IMG/VR virus record: IMGVR_UViG_3300010042_000001
Span: 1-63,118 of that record
Strand: one strand, 5' to 3'
DNA length: 63,118 nt
From: a virus
Lineage: Duplodnaviria > Caudoviricetes
Shown here: positions 43,391-54,056 of the stretch, in pieces
Layout: every line of letters starts with the position of its first letter
Numbering within the stretch: position 1 is the stretch's first letter
Program-made: the position numbers and the translations under genes
The notes under the pieces: generated by a model
Database searches by the model: none
Told to the model about the DNA's origin: nothing
Seen by the model: the letters and a program-made list of their open reading frames with translations, nothing else

Positions 43391-43801
43391 TTAGAAGAAT
43401 TGCAGCGGGCCGAGGATGATCAGGCCGCCAGCCTGCAGCGTGGGACTGGTCTCCCCTGGCTCAGTAGTGCCGCCTTCGATCTTCCAAGGGGCTGTGCCGA
43501 GGTCGTCGCTGACAATGCCGCTCGCCACGAGTTTGTCATCCGAACGTGACCAAACCGCGATCAGGGGTATGCCGTCCGTGAGAACCATGGGTACCGCGCT
43601 CGGGTCGGGATTCAAGAACGCCTCATAGCCGACGATGGTGGCACAGGGTTTATCCAGGGGGATCTCGACTTGCGGCGAGCCAGAAGGTGGGTCCGTGGTA
43701 TAGAAGCGGACCACCGAGGGCCCCGACGCTGCATCCGCGAAGGCGATGGTGGCGGCCATCTGCGCCACTGCCAAGTCGGCACCAATTGTGAAGTCGCTCA
43801 T
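43391..43801 (-). CDS. Tail structural protein
   Basis: Tail module position; ATGA-coupled. Confidence 0.65.
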   Translation of the reverse strand: MSDFTIGADLAVAQMAATIAFADAASGPSVVRFYTTDPPSGSPQVEIPLDKPCATIVGYEAFLNPDPSAVPMVLTDGIPLIAVWSRSDDKLVASGIVSDDLGTAPWKIEGGTTEPGETSPTLQAGGLIILGPLQFF

Positions 43802-44583
43802 GGCATCAGTTCCGCAGTGAGATTGTCAGAGGCCACCGCGCGTTTGTCGTGCGTGGGGTCGTAGGCGAGGACGGTGTATTTGTACGCCGGGTTCAGGTCT
43901 CGGAACTCGTAATAGCCCGCCCCGTTGGACCAAGTTTCTCGGATAGCCAAACCGTCTACGTCGCGCATGAGTCGAACTCGACGGTTAGCGACTGTCGTAT
44001 CCGGCGACCCATCCAAGTACGTGATTCCAGAAATGTAGCCTCCGCCGCCGTGAATGAAATCGGGGGACAGCACGGGGGTGTGATTTAGCGCCGATAGCGG
44101 CAAGAACACCGTAGGAGCAAAAAGCTCGCCCGACCCCGCGAGCCCGTGCACCAAAGCCGCCTGAGGCCCCGGTAAAACATCGTAGACACGTGTGACTGCA
44201 GACAGAGGATTAGCGCCCGCCAAAGGGAATGTTGTCCAGGGGCCAGATCCGCTATTAGCTGCCTCCAAGCGCAGAGCGCTGGGCGTGTACGACGATGAGG
44301 CTGAAAACCGAACACTTAGCTTGGCTACGTCCACGGCCGAACCAAGGGCGTACTGAATCCAGGGGTCTGGGTCTCCGTTGGTCGTGGCCCATTCCGTCGT
44401 GTCGTTTTTGTCGAAGGCAGCACTAGCGGGAAAGCCGACACTGAACACCGAGCTGGCCGAGGCAGTGCCTCCTACGGACAAGTCCGTCCCACCAGAGCTT
44501 AGGAGAGTTACCTCCCCCAGTTGTACGTAGTTGTTGCCTGCGCCAAGCCAGCAGCGCAACCGCCAATGCGTGTAAGCCGCCAT
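43798..44583 (-). CDS. Putative receptor-binding protein (discoidin/F5-8-like N-terminus)
   Basis: GGTASASS......AFD....TEW...WIQY; C-terminal RRVRL....G....ETWS...GYYEF. Confidence 0.65.
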   Translation of the reverse strand: MAAYTHWRLRCWLGAGNNYVQLGEVTLLSSGGTDLSVGGTASASSVFSVGFPASAAFDKNDTTEWATTNGDPDPWIQYALGSAVDVAKLSVRFSASSSYTPSALRLEAANSGSGPWTTFPLAGANPLSAVTRVYDVLPGPQAALVHGLAGSGELFAPTVFLPLSALNHTPVLSPDFIHGGGGYISGITYLDGSPDTTVANRRVRLMRDVDGLAIRETWSNGAGYYEFRDLNPAYKYTVLAYDPTHDKRAVASDNLTAELMP

Positions 44584-44585
44584 GC

Positions 44586-45779
44586 TTACCTCCAAGGGCC
44601 GGTGATATCCATCCAGCAGTGCCCGGATACCGAAGGGGCTTCGTTAAGTGCAATAGCCTGCCGCACAGACACCAAAACCCTGCCGTCAACCGTCATGCGC
44701 GTGCCGCGAGGAAAGCTGGCCCCGCCACCAGACAACGGCACGTAGAAAATGCCAGGGAACGAACCGCGCAGCAACGTGTTCACGGTCTGGATCGCCACGC
44801 CTTCGGTGGCGTGGATTCGGGACAGGCGCAACTTACCGTCGATAGTTGGAAACGCGCCCCAGTAGGTGTCTACCCCTGAGATCGCGCCCTGAGAACCAGA
44901 CAGAGGAATACCCCAAGACTGGATAGCGACGCCAAGACCCGTGTACGAGCGCAACAGCCTCGCTCCAGCTTGGCTGTTACCACCTTGCTGCCCCAGTCCC
45001 ACGCTACCGTAGGACTGGGCTGCGTTGTTGGTGGCCGCAATCCACACCGCATAGGGGTCGATGCTGCGATAGGAGATCAAGTCACCGAAGTAGTAGGTGG
45101 GCTGGGCCTGCACCGTGTTCGCGGCCCCGTATCCTGGAGTTGGGCAAAAGTACAAGCCCCGCGTGTCCCCGAACAAATCCCAGGTGTTGGCGGTGCTGTT
45201 GGCTACCGTGGACTTGACCCAGAAAGGGGTAGCCATGTCTGCCACCGTGGGAGCCGGATTGGTGCCCGTGCCAAAGGCCGACATTGTTTCGTACATTCGC
45301 ACCGTGGCGGTGGTGGTGCCGGTGTCTGTCACCTGCAGGAACGCGCCCACCGTGGCGGGGTCCGTGCTGCGGTAGCACGCGATGTTGGTGCTGCTGTAGG
45401 TCTTTTCCCAGTACGGGATGGGGGCCTGCTTGATCGTGATCGTGCCGGCCGCCGTGCCATCCGCAAGGGCCGTCGCCCAAGAGATCGTAGTGGCAGTGGC
45501 CGCCGTGATCTTCTGCTCTCCGTTCAGGTTCACATAGCCGCCTGTGACGCCGGCCACGAGTTGCACCGAACTGACCAGGTTCAGGTTCTTGACGTCCGAG
45601 GCCACAGTGGCGGTGGCGACACCACCGGCCACAACGATGGTACACGAGCGAGACCCAAAGCCGTTGATCAAACAGGCGTCAAACAGTGCAATGCACGCAC
45701 CCGCAACACCATTCAGAACCGGCGCACCGGGCATGTCGTCGCGGAAAATTTTTACCGAGGTATCTACTGGGGAAACCAT
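44586..45779 (-). CDS. Tail fibre-like protein
   Basis: M.GAPVL.G.AG..I...DACL.NGFG N-terminus; ends DITGPWR. Confidence 0.7.
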   Translation of the reverse strand: MVSPVDTSVKIFRDDMPGAPVLNGVAGACIALFDACLINGFGSRSCTIVVAGGVATATVASDVKNLNLVSSVQLVAGVTGGYVNLNGEQKITAATATTISWATALADGTAAGTITIKQAPIPYWEKTYSSTNIACYRSTDPATVGAFLQVTDTGTTTATVRMYETMSAFGTGTNPAPTVADMATPFWVKSTVANSTANTWDLFGDTRGLYFCPTPGYGAANTVQAQPTYYFGDLISYRSIDPYAVWIAATNNAAQSYGSVGLGQQGGNSQAGARLLRSYTGLGVAIQSWGIPLSGSQGAISGVDTYWGAFPTIDGKLRLSRIHATEGVAIQTVNTLLRGSFPGIFYVPLSGGGASFPRGTRMTVDGRVLVSVRQAIALNEAPSVSGHCWMDITGPWR

Positions 45780-45796
45780 GATGCTGTCCTTTCTGT

Positions 45797-47695
45797 TTAT
45801 GGGGTGGTTGGCTCGCGGTCCACGCTGCCGCGACCGATAACCTCGTAGTCGTAATCAATGCCGCCGGGGGGCCCCATCTGCACCGTGCGGATCTGTGCGA
45901 ACGCGGCCATGGCGCCCTCGAAGTGGATGAACTGCACGTTGCCCGGAATCCAGCCAGCGCCCCAGCCGTTCTCGCGGATCGTGAAGTATGGGGTAGTTCC
46001 GCCTGGCACCAGGGGGTTGATCGGCGAGAAATCCGCGTTGATCGTACCCGAACCGATGTTGCCCACGAACTCGCCGATGCAGTCGAACGAGCTGCTGCTG
46101 GTAAAGCGCAAGGCAAACCGCTGGGTCAGCGTGCCTGCGTTGTTGACCTCAATGGGGTACAGGGCCGCGTTGTAGTTCGCCAGGGCGGGGTCTCCAACGA
46201 TGCCGTTGGCCCACTGGAGGTTCCAGGTCTGCTGATCCCACATGGCCGACACGCGCGCTTTCATGTCGCCGATCAGGAGCGCGCTGCTGACCACAGAGCC
46301 GATTGGGAAGTCGTGCGCAAGCTGGCCGACGATCTTGATCGTGCCGTCGATTTGCACGTCAGCAATGCGGACCATCTGCTCTTTGCGGAACTCGATGCGC
46401 GCCGGCTGATCCCAGCCCGTCACGTCCACGATGGTGACAAAGCCGGTATCCAGGTTGACCGTGTAGCCGCTGGTGATTACCACGTCGTCGTCGCCGAAGA
46501 TCCGCACGCGCGAAAGGCGGTCCGTGCCGGTGTCGATGGTCTGCCCGTTGGAGTACGTGGCTTCGGACATGGTGGTCACGTTACCGAGTACCATCTGGCC
46601 GCCATTGCGAAATATCGGCACTCGGCCATCGGCAGGCAAACGCACCGGGTCCAGGCCCAGGATCTCAGCCTCCACGGGGAGGTAGAAGTAGGACACGCTG
46701 TTGTAGCGCAGCGTGGTAGGGTCCACCGGCCAGGGGCGCCAGATTTTCAGCGCCTCGACCGCACCGACGTCGGCCGCGTTGTACCACCATTCCAGTTTCT
46801 GCGCGGCAGTGAGCGACGAGTCGAGCACGAAATCCCCGAACTGCAAGTTGACCACGCCGGTGAGAAAATCCACCTTGCCCAGCAGGTGCGTGCCCACGAG
46901 GTCTCCATCGTTGTCGGCCGTGGCTGTGAGCGCGTTGCCTTGGGTGTCGGTGAGCACCATCACGAAGCCGCCAGGGGCCAGAGGGGCGCTCTGCGTACGC
47001 ATCATGATGGTGGCCGTCTTCCACTTCTGGCGCGTGGTCCACAGGCTGTCCAGGGTGAACGAGTCAGGGCTACCGGAAACAACCCAGTCGTACATTTGCG
47101 CGATGCCGGATGCGTAGTCAATGTTCCCCGAGGCGATACCGGCCACCGAGTCCGTGCGGTCGCGGTAGATGACGCCCTCGAAGTCGCGGTAGACATGACC
47201 CATCCAGGTGAATTGCACGCTGCCAGGGACGATGTAATCCGAGGTCAGAGGGCACAGGTCGATGCTGAGAATGTCGGGTGTGAAGGTCTGTGTGTGCGCC
47301 GTCTCCGGTTCGACACCCGTGTTGTAGAAAACGTAAATGCTGCCACCGGCCAGAGTCTCGCTCTCGATCTTGGCCGAGCTGTAAACCCCACCTTTTTGGC
47401 TGTCGCTGCCGCCACCGCCAGAGCTGCCGCCCCCTGTGAGTTCCGCGAAGATCGCGGCGTCCTCGTAGTCGCTGTTGTAGCTGTCCGTTTTCGCGTCGTT
47501 CTGCACCACGCGCACAGAGAGCGTCTTGGCGACGTAGTTCACCACACCCATCCAGGGGCCGAAGGTGCCGGCCCCGTTGTCCAGCAGCTCGTGGCCCACC
47601 AGGTCTTGTGTGCGGCTTTCCGTGCTCATGGCCGTGTTGTGGCGGGCGATGTTACCGAGCGTGCTGTACGCCTGGTTTGTGATCGTGTATGGCAT
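45797..47695 (-). CDS. Large tail structural protein, second part
   Basis: AAGGA RBS; G.IDY.SG repeats; LGLDPVRLPADGRVPIFR. Confidence 0.75.
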   Translation of the reverse strand: MPYTITNQAYSTLGNIARHNTAMSTESRTQDLVGHELLDNGAGTFGPWMGVVNYVAKTLSVRVVQNDAKTDSYNSDYEDAAIFAELTGGGSSGGGGSDSQKGGVYSSAKIESETLAGGSIYVFYNTGVEPETAHTQTFTPDILSIDLCPLTSDYIVPGSVQFTWMGHVYRDFEGVIYRDRTDSVAGIASGNIDYASGIAQMYDWVVSGSPDSFTLDSLWTTRQKWKTATIMMRTQSAPLAPGGFVMVLTDTQGNALTATADNDGDLVGTHLLGKVDFLTGVVNLQFGDFVLDSSLTAAQKLEWWYNAADVGAVEALKIWRPWPVDPTTLRYNSVSYFYLPVEAEILGLDPVRLPADGRVPIFRNGGQMVLGNVTTMSEATYSNGQTIDTGTDRLSRVRIFGDDDVVITSGYTVNLDTGFVTIVDVTGWDQPARIEFRKEQMVRIADVQIDGTIKIVGQLAHDFPIGSVVSSALLIGDMKARVSAMWDQQTWNLQWANGIVGDPALANYNAALYPIEVNNAGTLTQRFALRFTSSSSFDCIGEFVGNIGSGTINADFSPINPLVPGGTTPYFTIRENGWGAGWIPGNVQFIHFEGAMAAFAQIRTVQMGPPGGIDYDYEVIGRGSVDREPTTP

Positions 47696-47711
47696 CGTTG
47701 GTCCTTTTCAA

Positions 47712-49448
47712 TCAGTAATCGGCGTGCAGGGCCGTGCCGCCAGGGAAAGTGTTGCTCAGGAAATTCCAACCACTGTTGGTTGTCGTAGCGGGCGGTGGTT
47801 CAGAAACAGTAGACGTTGTGATCTCGTCCGGCGTAAAGACCCCCGACGATCCGTGGTAAGCCGGGTTTTTCTGGTTGTTCGTGCCCGCTGTGCTGCCTGC
47901 TGTGTTGTTCGTGAACCGGGACGTGACCCAACGGACGGCCACTGTGCCAGGGGTCGCTTGCTCAGCGAGGCTGACGCTCACAAAGCCCCCGCTGTCGGGC
48001 GTGAGGCCCGAGAAGGTTTCGATCTCTGCCTCGGCCCAGTCGAACTCAATGTTGAACTCCGCACCTGGGTCGGGGAAAGCCGTGGGCCGAATGCGGAACC
48101 GGCCCGAGTGGTAGATGATCGTGCCCGTGGCATCGCCGGTAAAACCCCCCGTGCCGTTGTCCGTCGCGGTCTTGGTAACACCACCCGACAACCAGGTAAC
48201 GACCAGGGAGCCGATGATCACAAAATCGTGATCGAGAACGATCTCAAACTCCGGCTTGCGGAAACCAGATACCGAGCCCGAGCGGTTGGTGTACGCCACC
48301 TTTTCACCCCACTGCAGAATGATTTCACTGCCGACGTCCGGCATTTCCTGGAGCGTGATCGAGACGCTACCGGTGGTGTAGACCACTTGGCCCGCGCCTG
48401 CGCCAGTGAACGCGCCGTTGCCATCGTCCCAAACGGTGTACCAGTTGCCCAGTGCCATGTAGCTGATCGCCACCGTGCCGGGGGCCGGGAAGGGACGCAG
48501 CATGTCGGTATACGAGCTACGGCGGTTCTCCTGTCCGATCTTGATGCGATGGGTGTGGGGCGACTGGCCCACCTCGACTTGACGCGGCGCCGTGGCGAGC
48601 ACCAGATTACGTACCGAGGCAGGCCGTTGGTCCAGTGCTACCGACTCCGTGCGTGCACTGGGCACGAGTTGGCTGTACACCGATTCGACTTTGATAGCCG
48701 CCTCGCCAATCTCACCGGCCACGGTCAACCGCGTGGCACCAAAATACTGTGCTGCGTCGGCCACGGTTGTGTCCCGCACGATGGTCTTGGTTACGTCCCG
48801 CGTGTAGATTCTGCTCGGTGGGCTACCGGGGAAATTCTGCGTCAAGCGGTCGCTCAGGTCACACACGATCACATCGGCTTGATAGTCCACAAAGCCGCCA
48901 CTCACGGACATGGTGAACGTGCGGGTCTCGGTCACTGCGCGTGTGATGCGGACGTACTGCCTGCGTTCTGTGCCGGTCCCCTCTTGGTAGATCAGGCACA
49001 ACGTGCGACCGATAGCCGGTGCAGCAGACCCGACCCGCTGGAACAACTGGATTTGCGCCATGCCCACGACGTGATTTTCCAGCAGGTAACCGCTCCATTC
49101 CGACGCCTGGATCAGGTAGCTTTCGATGGCGTTCGCGATCTCCGTGCGCCTCGCAAAATCGCTGACCTTGGCAAGTGTGATCGCCACGTTGTCGTCGTTT
49201 GGCGGCTTGGACACGATGATGTTCGCGCCCATGAAAGTGGCTGTGTTGTTCGTGCGAACAGCGAGGAAAGTCTGGCGGATCGACACGTCACCGTTGGATC
49301 GGTCCAGCTCGCTGATATCGTTGAAAACACCGTTGCTGCCGCCATCCGGGATGATGTTGCCCGAGGGCCCGCCACCGCCATTGTCCTCGTCGTCCATGAC
49401 CACGGACGCCAGCAGGATCACATCACCTTGCAAGATTGGGTCTGCCAT
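47712..49448 (-). CDS. Large tail structural protein, first part
   Basis: I..GDV.LLAS.VMDD...GGG...DG.SN.VF.DISELDR N-terminus. Confidence 0.75.
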   Translation of the reverse strand: MADPILQGDVILLASVVMDDEDNGGGGPSGNIIPDGGSNGVFNDISELDRSNGDVSIRQTFLAVRTNNTATFMGANIIVSKPPNDDNVAITLAKVSDFARRTEIANAIESYLIQASEWSGYLLENHVVGMAQIQLFQRVGSAAPAIGRTLCLIYQEGTGTERRQYVRITRAVTETRTFTMSVSGGFVDYQADVIVCDLSDRLTQNFPGSPPSRIYTRDVTKTIVRDTTVADAAQYFGATRLTVAGEIGEAAIKVESVYSQLVPSARTESVALDQRPASVRNLVLATAPRQVEVGQSPHTHRIKIGQENRRSSYTDMLRPFPAPGTVAISYMALGNWYTVWDDGNGAFTGAGAGQVVYTTGSVSITLQEMPDVGSEIILQWGEKVAYTNRSGSVSGFRKPEFEIVLDHDFVIIGSLVVTWLSGGVTKTATDNGTGGFTGDATGTIIYHSGRFRIRPTAFPDPGAEFNIEFDWAEAEIETFSGLTPDSGGFVSVSLAEQATPGTVAVRWVTSRFTNNTAGSTAGTNNQKNPAYHGSSGVFTPDEITTSTVSEPPPATTTNSGWNFLSNTFPGGTALHADY

Positions 49449-49451
49449 TTT

Positions 49452-49859
49452 TTATACCTCAAGAAAACGAAACACACACAAGAAAAAATCGGTATCCACA
49501 ACATCGTTGAAGTGGACCACGGGCGTCGCCTCGAAACCTCCACCGTCGCCGCTGTGGCGAAAAATCACCTGGTAGTCCTCGCCGTGGATATTGAGGGTCA
49601 TGAGCTTGCCTGGCACTGCGGCCCAGAGCTTGACTGCTTCAACCAGGTCACTGGTCATCCACGTGTCCTCGTTCTCTGGCTGCAGTGTTATCTCACGGCC
49701 CTTGATCTTGGCGCCGATATGTACGATGGGCGCACCGGTCAAGCCAAACTCCACCGTCTGCCGTACAGGACTCCAGTTGTTCCGGTCTACCCACATCAGG
49801 TCTCGGTGCAGACTGATCGTGTCCGTTCCATCGGTAAGTGTGATCGTTGGCGTGGGCAT
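49452..49859 (-). CDS. Distal tail-like protein
   Basis: Directly after tape measure; L..DL.W.D...WSPV.Q....LTGA...GR.ITL. Confidence 0.7.
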   Translation of the reverse strand: MPTPTITLTDGTDTISLHRDLMWVDRNNWSPVRQTVEFGLTGAPIVHIGAKIKGREITLQPENEDTWMTSDLVEAVKLWAAVPGKLMTLNIHGEDYQVIFRHSGDGGGFEATPVVHFNDVVDTDFFLCVFRFLEV

Positions 49860-52800
49860 TTATCGAACCGCCGTCAGTGCGGCGGCCTCCAGGGATTGCA
49901 GCAAGTTATTGGCACCGGCCTCGTCGCTGCCGATGTTCACACGGCGGCCGTCAGGCAGCACAACCGTCGTATTGTGCGTGATGCCGGCGCCGGTAGACAG
50001 ACCGCGTGAACCGCCCTTTTTCGTCGTTTCCTTTTCCGTGGTGCTAGCCGTTGGCGTGGTGGTTGATTGTTCCGTGGTAGGCGCAGCCGTGTTCAACAGC
50101 TCTTGCTCCAGTTGCTGCAGCTCACGGCGCTCGTCCGCGCTCATGGTGTCGTTCGGCGTCACGAGCCCGTTGCCCTGGCTACGGAGGCGAGCCAACGCAC
50201 GCAGTTGACGTGCGCGGCGAGCCTTCTCGTTGTCCCGGTTCGCTTCCCCGTAGAGGTTGGCCACGTCGTCGGAAACATCCTGCTCGGTCTCCCCGGCCAT
50301 CACCCGTTCGCCCGCCGTGTTCAAGGAGTAGTGCTCCTTGTCCATGTTCCACTTTTTCTCGTAGGCGCGTTGCAGGCGTTCAACCGCCGCAGCCTCTTCG
50401 TCGAGGATCTTGATCTGCCGCTCCGAGAGATCCTTGGTCATGGTGTAGGGCATGAGCAGCTTGGCCATCGCGTCCGACACATCAGCCAGTTTGGTGATCT
50501 GCTGGCCACGGGCCGCCGTCTCACCTTGCACCGCCGTCGTGAGCTGCTGTGTGAGGCTCAGGTCGCTCTGGCGAATGCGCAACAGCTCGCGCTGGGCGCC
50601 GAGGCTCTTGGTCTGGGTATCGATCAACTGAATGCGCAATTGCAGCTCCTTTTGCTTGATCAGGTTCAAAGGCTCGTCCACCTTGAGCTGATCGAGCTTG
50701 GCCTGCAGCTCGTCTTTCTGCAGTTGCAGCTCGATGGCCTTGATCTCGATGCTGATCCGATCCACCTCGATTTTCTTCTGCTTGGCATCACGCTCTGCCA
50801 TGGTGGCCAGAGTTAGTTGACCGCTCATGCGATAGCTGTTGGCCTTGGCTTCCGCCAGTTGCACCTCCCCATCCAACGACGCCTGCGTGGCCTGCAGCGC
50901 CACTGTCTTGGCCTGCGCCTCGACCTGCAGATTCTTCACCAGGTCCGCCACCGAGTCGCGGTAACGGAAAGTCGCCTCGGCCAGTTGCTGCCTGATAGCT
51001 GCCACCTCCGCGTCCGTCTTTTTGCCCTCCAGTTGCAGTCGTTCGTACTCCTGCAACGTGGCGGTAAGGCGCTCCATTTCCGCACGGAACAAGCCCATTT
51101 GCTTGGACTGGTCACCATAGGACTGGGCCACCAAACGGCGGGCTTGCACCTCTTGCTGCGCCGCGCGCGATGCCGCCTCGCTCTGTGCGACCTCTGCCTT
51201 ACTCGTGTTGATCTTTTTGTCCAGCTCCAGGGTCTGCTGGGCAATGGCCTCGGTGGTAGCGCCTTGCTCTGTGCGCGTCTTGATCAGCAGCACTCGTTGC
51301 TGGTCCAGCAGCTCCAGCTCGACCCGTTGCGACGCGGCCACCGACGCCAAGGCCGCCGCGTGGTCTTCGGCCGCCTGCGCGCTAATGCGCAGCGTTTCCG
51401 CCTCGTTGCCCCGGAGCTTCGCGACCTCGACCATGGTGTCGCCGATCTCCTTCACTGCCTTGGCCTGCTTGCCCAGCGCCTCGGTCTCTTTGGTCTGTGC
51501 GGCCAGACGCTCTTGGGACACCGCTGTGATGGCCACGAGCTGGGCGCTCAGGTCGCCCTGGCGAGCTTTCACCAGTTCGGTCGCGATGGCATTGGCCTGC
51601 TGGGCACGGGTCATGGTGTCCCATTGCGCGCCGGCTTGTTGGACCGCTGCCGTGGTGGCTTGTGTCGTGTTGCGCAGGTTGACCGCACTCACCGCTGCGG
51701 CATCACCACCGATGATGGCTCGGTCAAATGCTTCGGTCAGCGAAGCCTGCCGCTGGGCCGCACCACCCCAGATTTCACTGAGCGCTTCCCACGGGGCCGT
51801 CCAGGTGAAGGCTGCTGCCGCCAGCGTACCGCCGGAGCGAAGGAGTCCGCCGATGATCTCAAACAGTGCGTTCAAGGGCAGGAGCACAGAGCCTGCCGCG
51901 ACACCGAGTGCCCGCAACGAAACACCCAGCACTTCTGTCCAGCCTGCGTCACCCGCGTTCTGCGCCGACTCGGTGAATGCGTTGGTCAAACGGGCCCAGG
52001 TGTTGGCCAGGCTGTTGGTCTCACCTTGCAACTCCCGCAGACCCTTCGCAAACGCAGGGAAAAAGTCCCGCGCAGCGAGCTGGCCGCCCTCTACCAACTT
52101 GATCAACTGGGCTTCTGTAACACCAAGACCGTTAGCGGCTGCACTCAGCGCGCCCGGCATACGATCTCCGAGTTGTTGCCTCAATTCTTCGAGGCTCACT
52201 ACACCTTTGCTAGCAATCTGGCCAAGCGCATCAAGGGTTCCAGCGGTGGCGTCTGCTGAAAGGCCCAGTGTACCGGCCGTCTGCGCAACCGACTGAAAGA
52301 GGTCGTTGGTAACGGCAAGCGGTATGTTAGACGCTTTGGTAGCGGCACTGAATCGAGTAAAGGACGCCTGGATGCCGCCCACTGAGACACCGGCCTGGTT
52401 CGCTGCCGTGCGCAGAAACTGGAACTGGCTCGCCGCAATCGAGGTGTCCTTGTACACCGCGTTCAGGGCCTTGCGAAAGGTCTCCGTCTCGACGATGGTG
52501 ATCACGAACTCACGGCCGAGATCCTTGACCTTCTGCACCAGGAAACCGACACCATCTGCGATCAGGTTACCGGCCGCGATCTGGCCGAGCGAGTTGGCAA
52601 ACAGCTTCGTGAGGCGATCAGCCGTGGTGAGCTGGCCATTCAGCCCACGGATCTCGCGCTCGATGGCCTTGATCCTGGCCTCGCCAGCCGTGAATGCACC
52701 GGTCATGACCTGGCCAGTGCGAGCAGCCTCGGCCGCCACGGTGGCCATGGACGCACGGGTGCTGGTCAGCTCAAGCTGCAGTTGCTCGACCGAGCGCACA

Positions 52801-54005
52801 CCCAGCGTGCCAAAGGCGGTCTCGATCCGGCGGGCGGCCTGTTCCGCAGCCGTGGCGGCATCGCGTGCATCGGTCTCGGCCTTTTGCAGGGTCTCGCTCC
52901 AGAACCGCACATACCCCGCCGCTTCGACCAAGCTGCGTGCATCGGCCGCTTGCTTCTCGAATGCGGCCTGCGCAGCCAGCTCGCTCGCTGCCGCCTCCGC
53001 GATCCGGGTTTGACGGGCGAGCTGCGCTGCCGCCTCCGCAGTCCGCACGATCTCGTCGGCCTCCCGCTGCCACCGGCCTTCGTCGGCCAGGGCCTGCGCC
53101 TTGGCAGCGGCATAGGCGACCGCACCGGCCGCAGCACGGTTCTGGGCCGCCGTCATGTCGATCAGCTCGGCCGTGGCGCGGCGCTGCAGCTCGATCAAGG
53201 TGCGTTCTTCGATGGCCAGCAGGCGGTCTGCCTCCACCAGGTCGATGGTCTCTTGCCGGCGGCGCACTGCCGCTGCGCTGACCCCATTCAGAGCCGAGAG
53301 CAACGCCGCCTCTGCAGCGGCCACGTCCGTCGTGGACACCCCAAGGGCCTCGGCCGCGTCCGCAGCCCCCCGCATGGCCGTCTCCTGGGCCTCCAGGGCC
53401 CGATCTGCGGCTTGGAGGGTGCCGATGGCGGCTCGTTGCTGGTTCTCCAGCGTGGTGATGCCGCGTGCGGCCTCTGCAACGGCCTGGTTCGCCTCCCGCG
53501 TGGCCGAAGCCAACCCCACCTGCGCCTGGCGCAGTTGACCTTGGGTTTCGAGCAGGGCCCGCTCACGGCCGGCGAAGTCGGTGACGGCAGTACCGTTCTC
53601 GCGGTACTCCTGGCGCAGCAGCCGCAACGCGGTGGTGGTCTCGACCATCGCACGGCGGTTTTCGTCGAGCGCGGTTGATGCCTGCGCCTGTGCGGCACGC
53701 GAGCCCTCGACCTGGGTGCGCTGGTTCTGCAGCGCCGTGGTCAGTGTCGCGGCTGCGGCTGCAGCGGCCTGCTGCCGGTCGCCCAGGAGCTGCGCGTCGT
53801 CGGCCAGGGTGCGGAACGCATCCAGGGCCTGTGTCTGCTCGCCAATGCGGCCGATCTGGTTTGCCAGTTCCTGGAACTCCGGTGCTGCTGCACCACCCTC
53901 GTCGGCCAGTCGCTGCACCGCCTGCTGGAGCTGCAAGACCTCCGACTCCCCGAGCGTGTTCACGCGCAGGGTCATTGTCACATCACGTTGGTTCCGAGTC
54001 GCCAT
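49860..54005 (-). CDS. Tape measure protein
   Basis: 1381 aa, Ala/Gln-rich helical; ALGQIASKGVVSLEELRQQLGDRMPGA tape-measure domain. Confidence 0.93.
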   Translation of the reverse strand: MATRNQRDVTMTLRVNTLGESEVLQLQQAVQRLADEGGAAAPEFQELANQIGRIGEQTQALDAFRTLADDAQLLGDRQQAAAAAAATLTTALQNQRTQVEGSRAAQAQASTALDENRRAMVETTTALRLLRQEYRENGTAVTDFAGRERALLETQGQLRQAQVGLASATREANQAVAEAARGITTLENQQRAAIGTLQAADRALEAQETAMRGAADAAEALGVSTTDVAAAEAALLSALNGVSAAAVRRRQETIDLVEADRLLAIEERTLIELQRRATAELIDMTAAQNRAAAGAVAYAAAKAQALADEGRWQREADEIVRTAEAAAQLARQTRIAEAAASELAAQAAFEKQAADARSLVEAAGYVRFWSETLQKAETDARDAATAAEQAARRIETAFGTLGVRSVEQLQLELTSTRASMATVAAEAARTGQVMTGAFTAGEARIKAIEREIRGLNGQLTTADRLTKLFANSLGQIAAGNLIADGVGFLVQKVKDLGREFVITIVETETFRKALNAVYKDTSIAASQFQFLRTAANQAGVSVGGIQASFTRFSAATKASNIPLAVTNDLFQSVAQTAGTLGLSADATAGTLDALGQIASKGVVSLEELRQQLGDRMPGALSAAANGLGVTEAQLIKLVEGGQLAARDFFPAFAKGLRELQGETNSLANTWARLTNAFTESAQNAGDAGWTEVLGVSLRALGVAAGSVLLPLNALFEIIGGLLRSGGTLAAAAFTWTAPWEALSEIWGGAAQRQASLTEAFDRAIIGGDAAAVSAVNLRNTTQATTAAVQQAGAQWDTMTRAQQANAIATELVKARQGDLSAQLVAITAVSQERLAAQTKETEALGKQAKAVKEIGDTMVEVAKLRGNEAETLRISAQAAEDHAAALASVAASQRVELELLDQQRVLLIKTRTEQGATTEAIAQQTLELDKKINTSKAEVAQSEAASRAAQQEVQARRLVAQSYGDQSKQMGLFRAEMERLTATLQEYERLQLEGKKTDAEVAAIRQQLAEATFRYRDSVADLVKNLQVEAQAKTVALQATQASLDGEVQLAEAKANSYRMSGQLTLATMAERDAKQKKIEVDRISIEIKAIELQLQKDELQAKLDQLKVDEPLNLIKQKELQLRIQLIDTQTKSLGAQRELLRIRQSDLSLTQQLTTAVQGETAARGQQITKLADVSDAMAKLLMPYTMTKDLSERQIKILDEEAAAVERLQRAYEKKWNMDKEHYSLNTAGERVMAGETEQDVSDDVANLYGEANRDNEKARRARQLRALARLRSQGNGLVTPNDTMSADERRELQQLEQELLNTAAPTTEQSTTTPTASTTEKETTKKGGSRGLSTGAGITHNTTVVLPDGRRVNIGSDEAGANNLLQSLEAAALTAVR

Positions 54006-54017
54006 CTGTCATTCCTC

Positions 54018-54056
54018 AAAAAGAAAGCCCACCGCTGCCGAGGCATACGGTGGGCT
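54018..54056 (-). terminator. Terminator between major tail and tape measure genes
   Basis: AGCCCACCG...CGGTGGGCT followed by TTCTTTTT on the minus strand. Confidence 0.75.

Noticed and set aside
47565-50009. Long plus-strand ORFs opposite structural genes (also 45923-47788, 41408-43183, 60694-62283) and the minus-strand ORF 34533-36002 opposite polymerase
   Set aside because: Antisense shadows of high-GC coding sequence, with no RBS or recognisable motifs.
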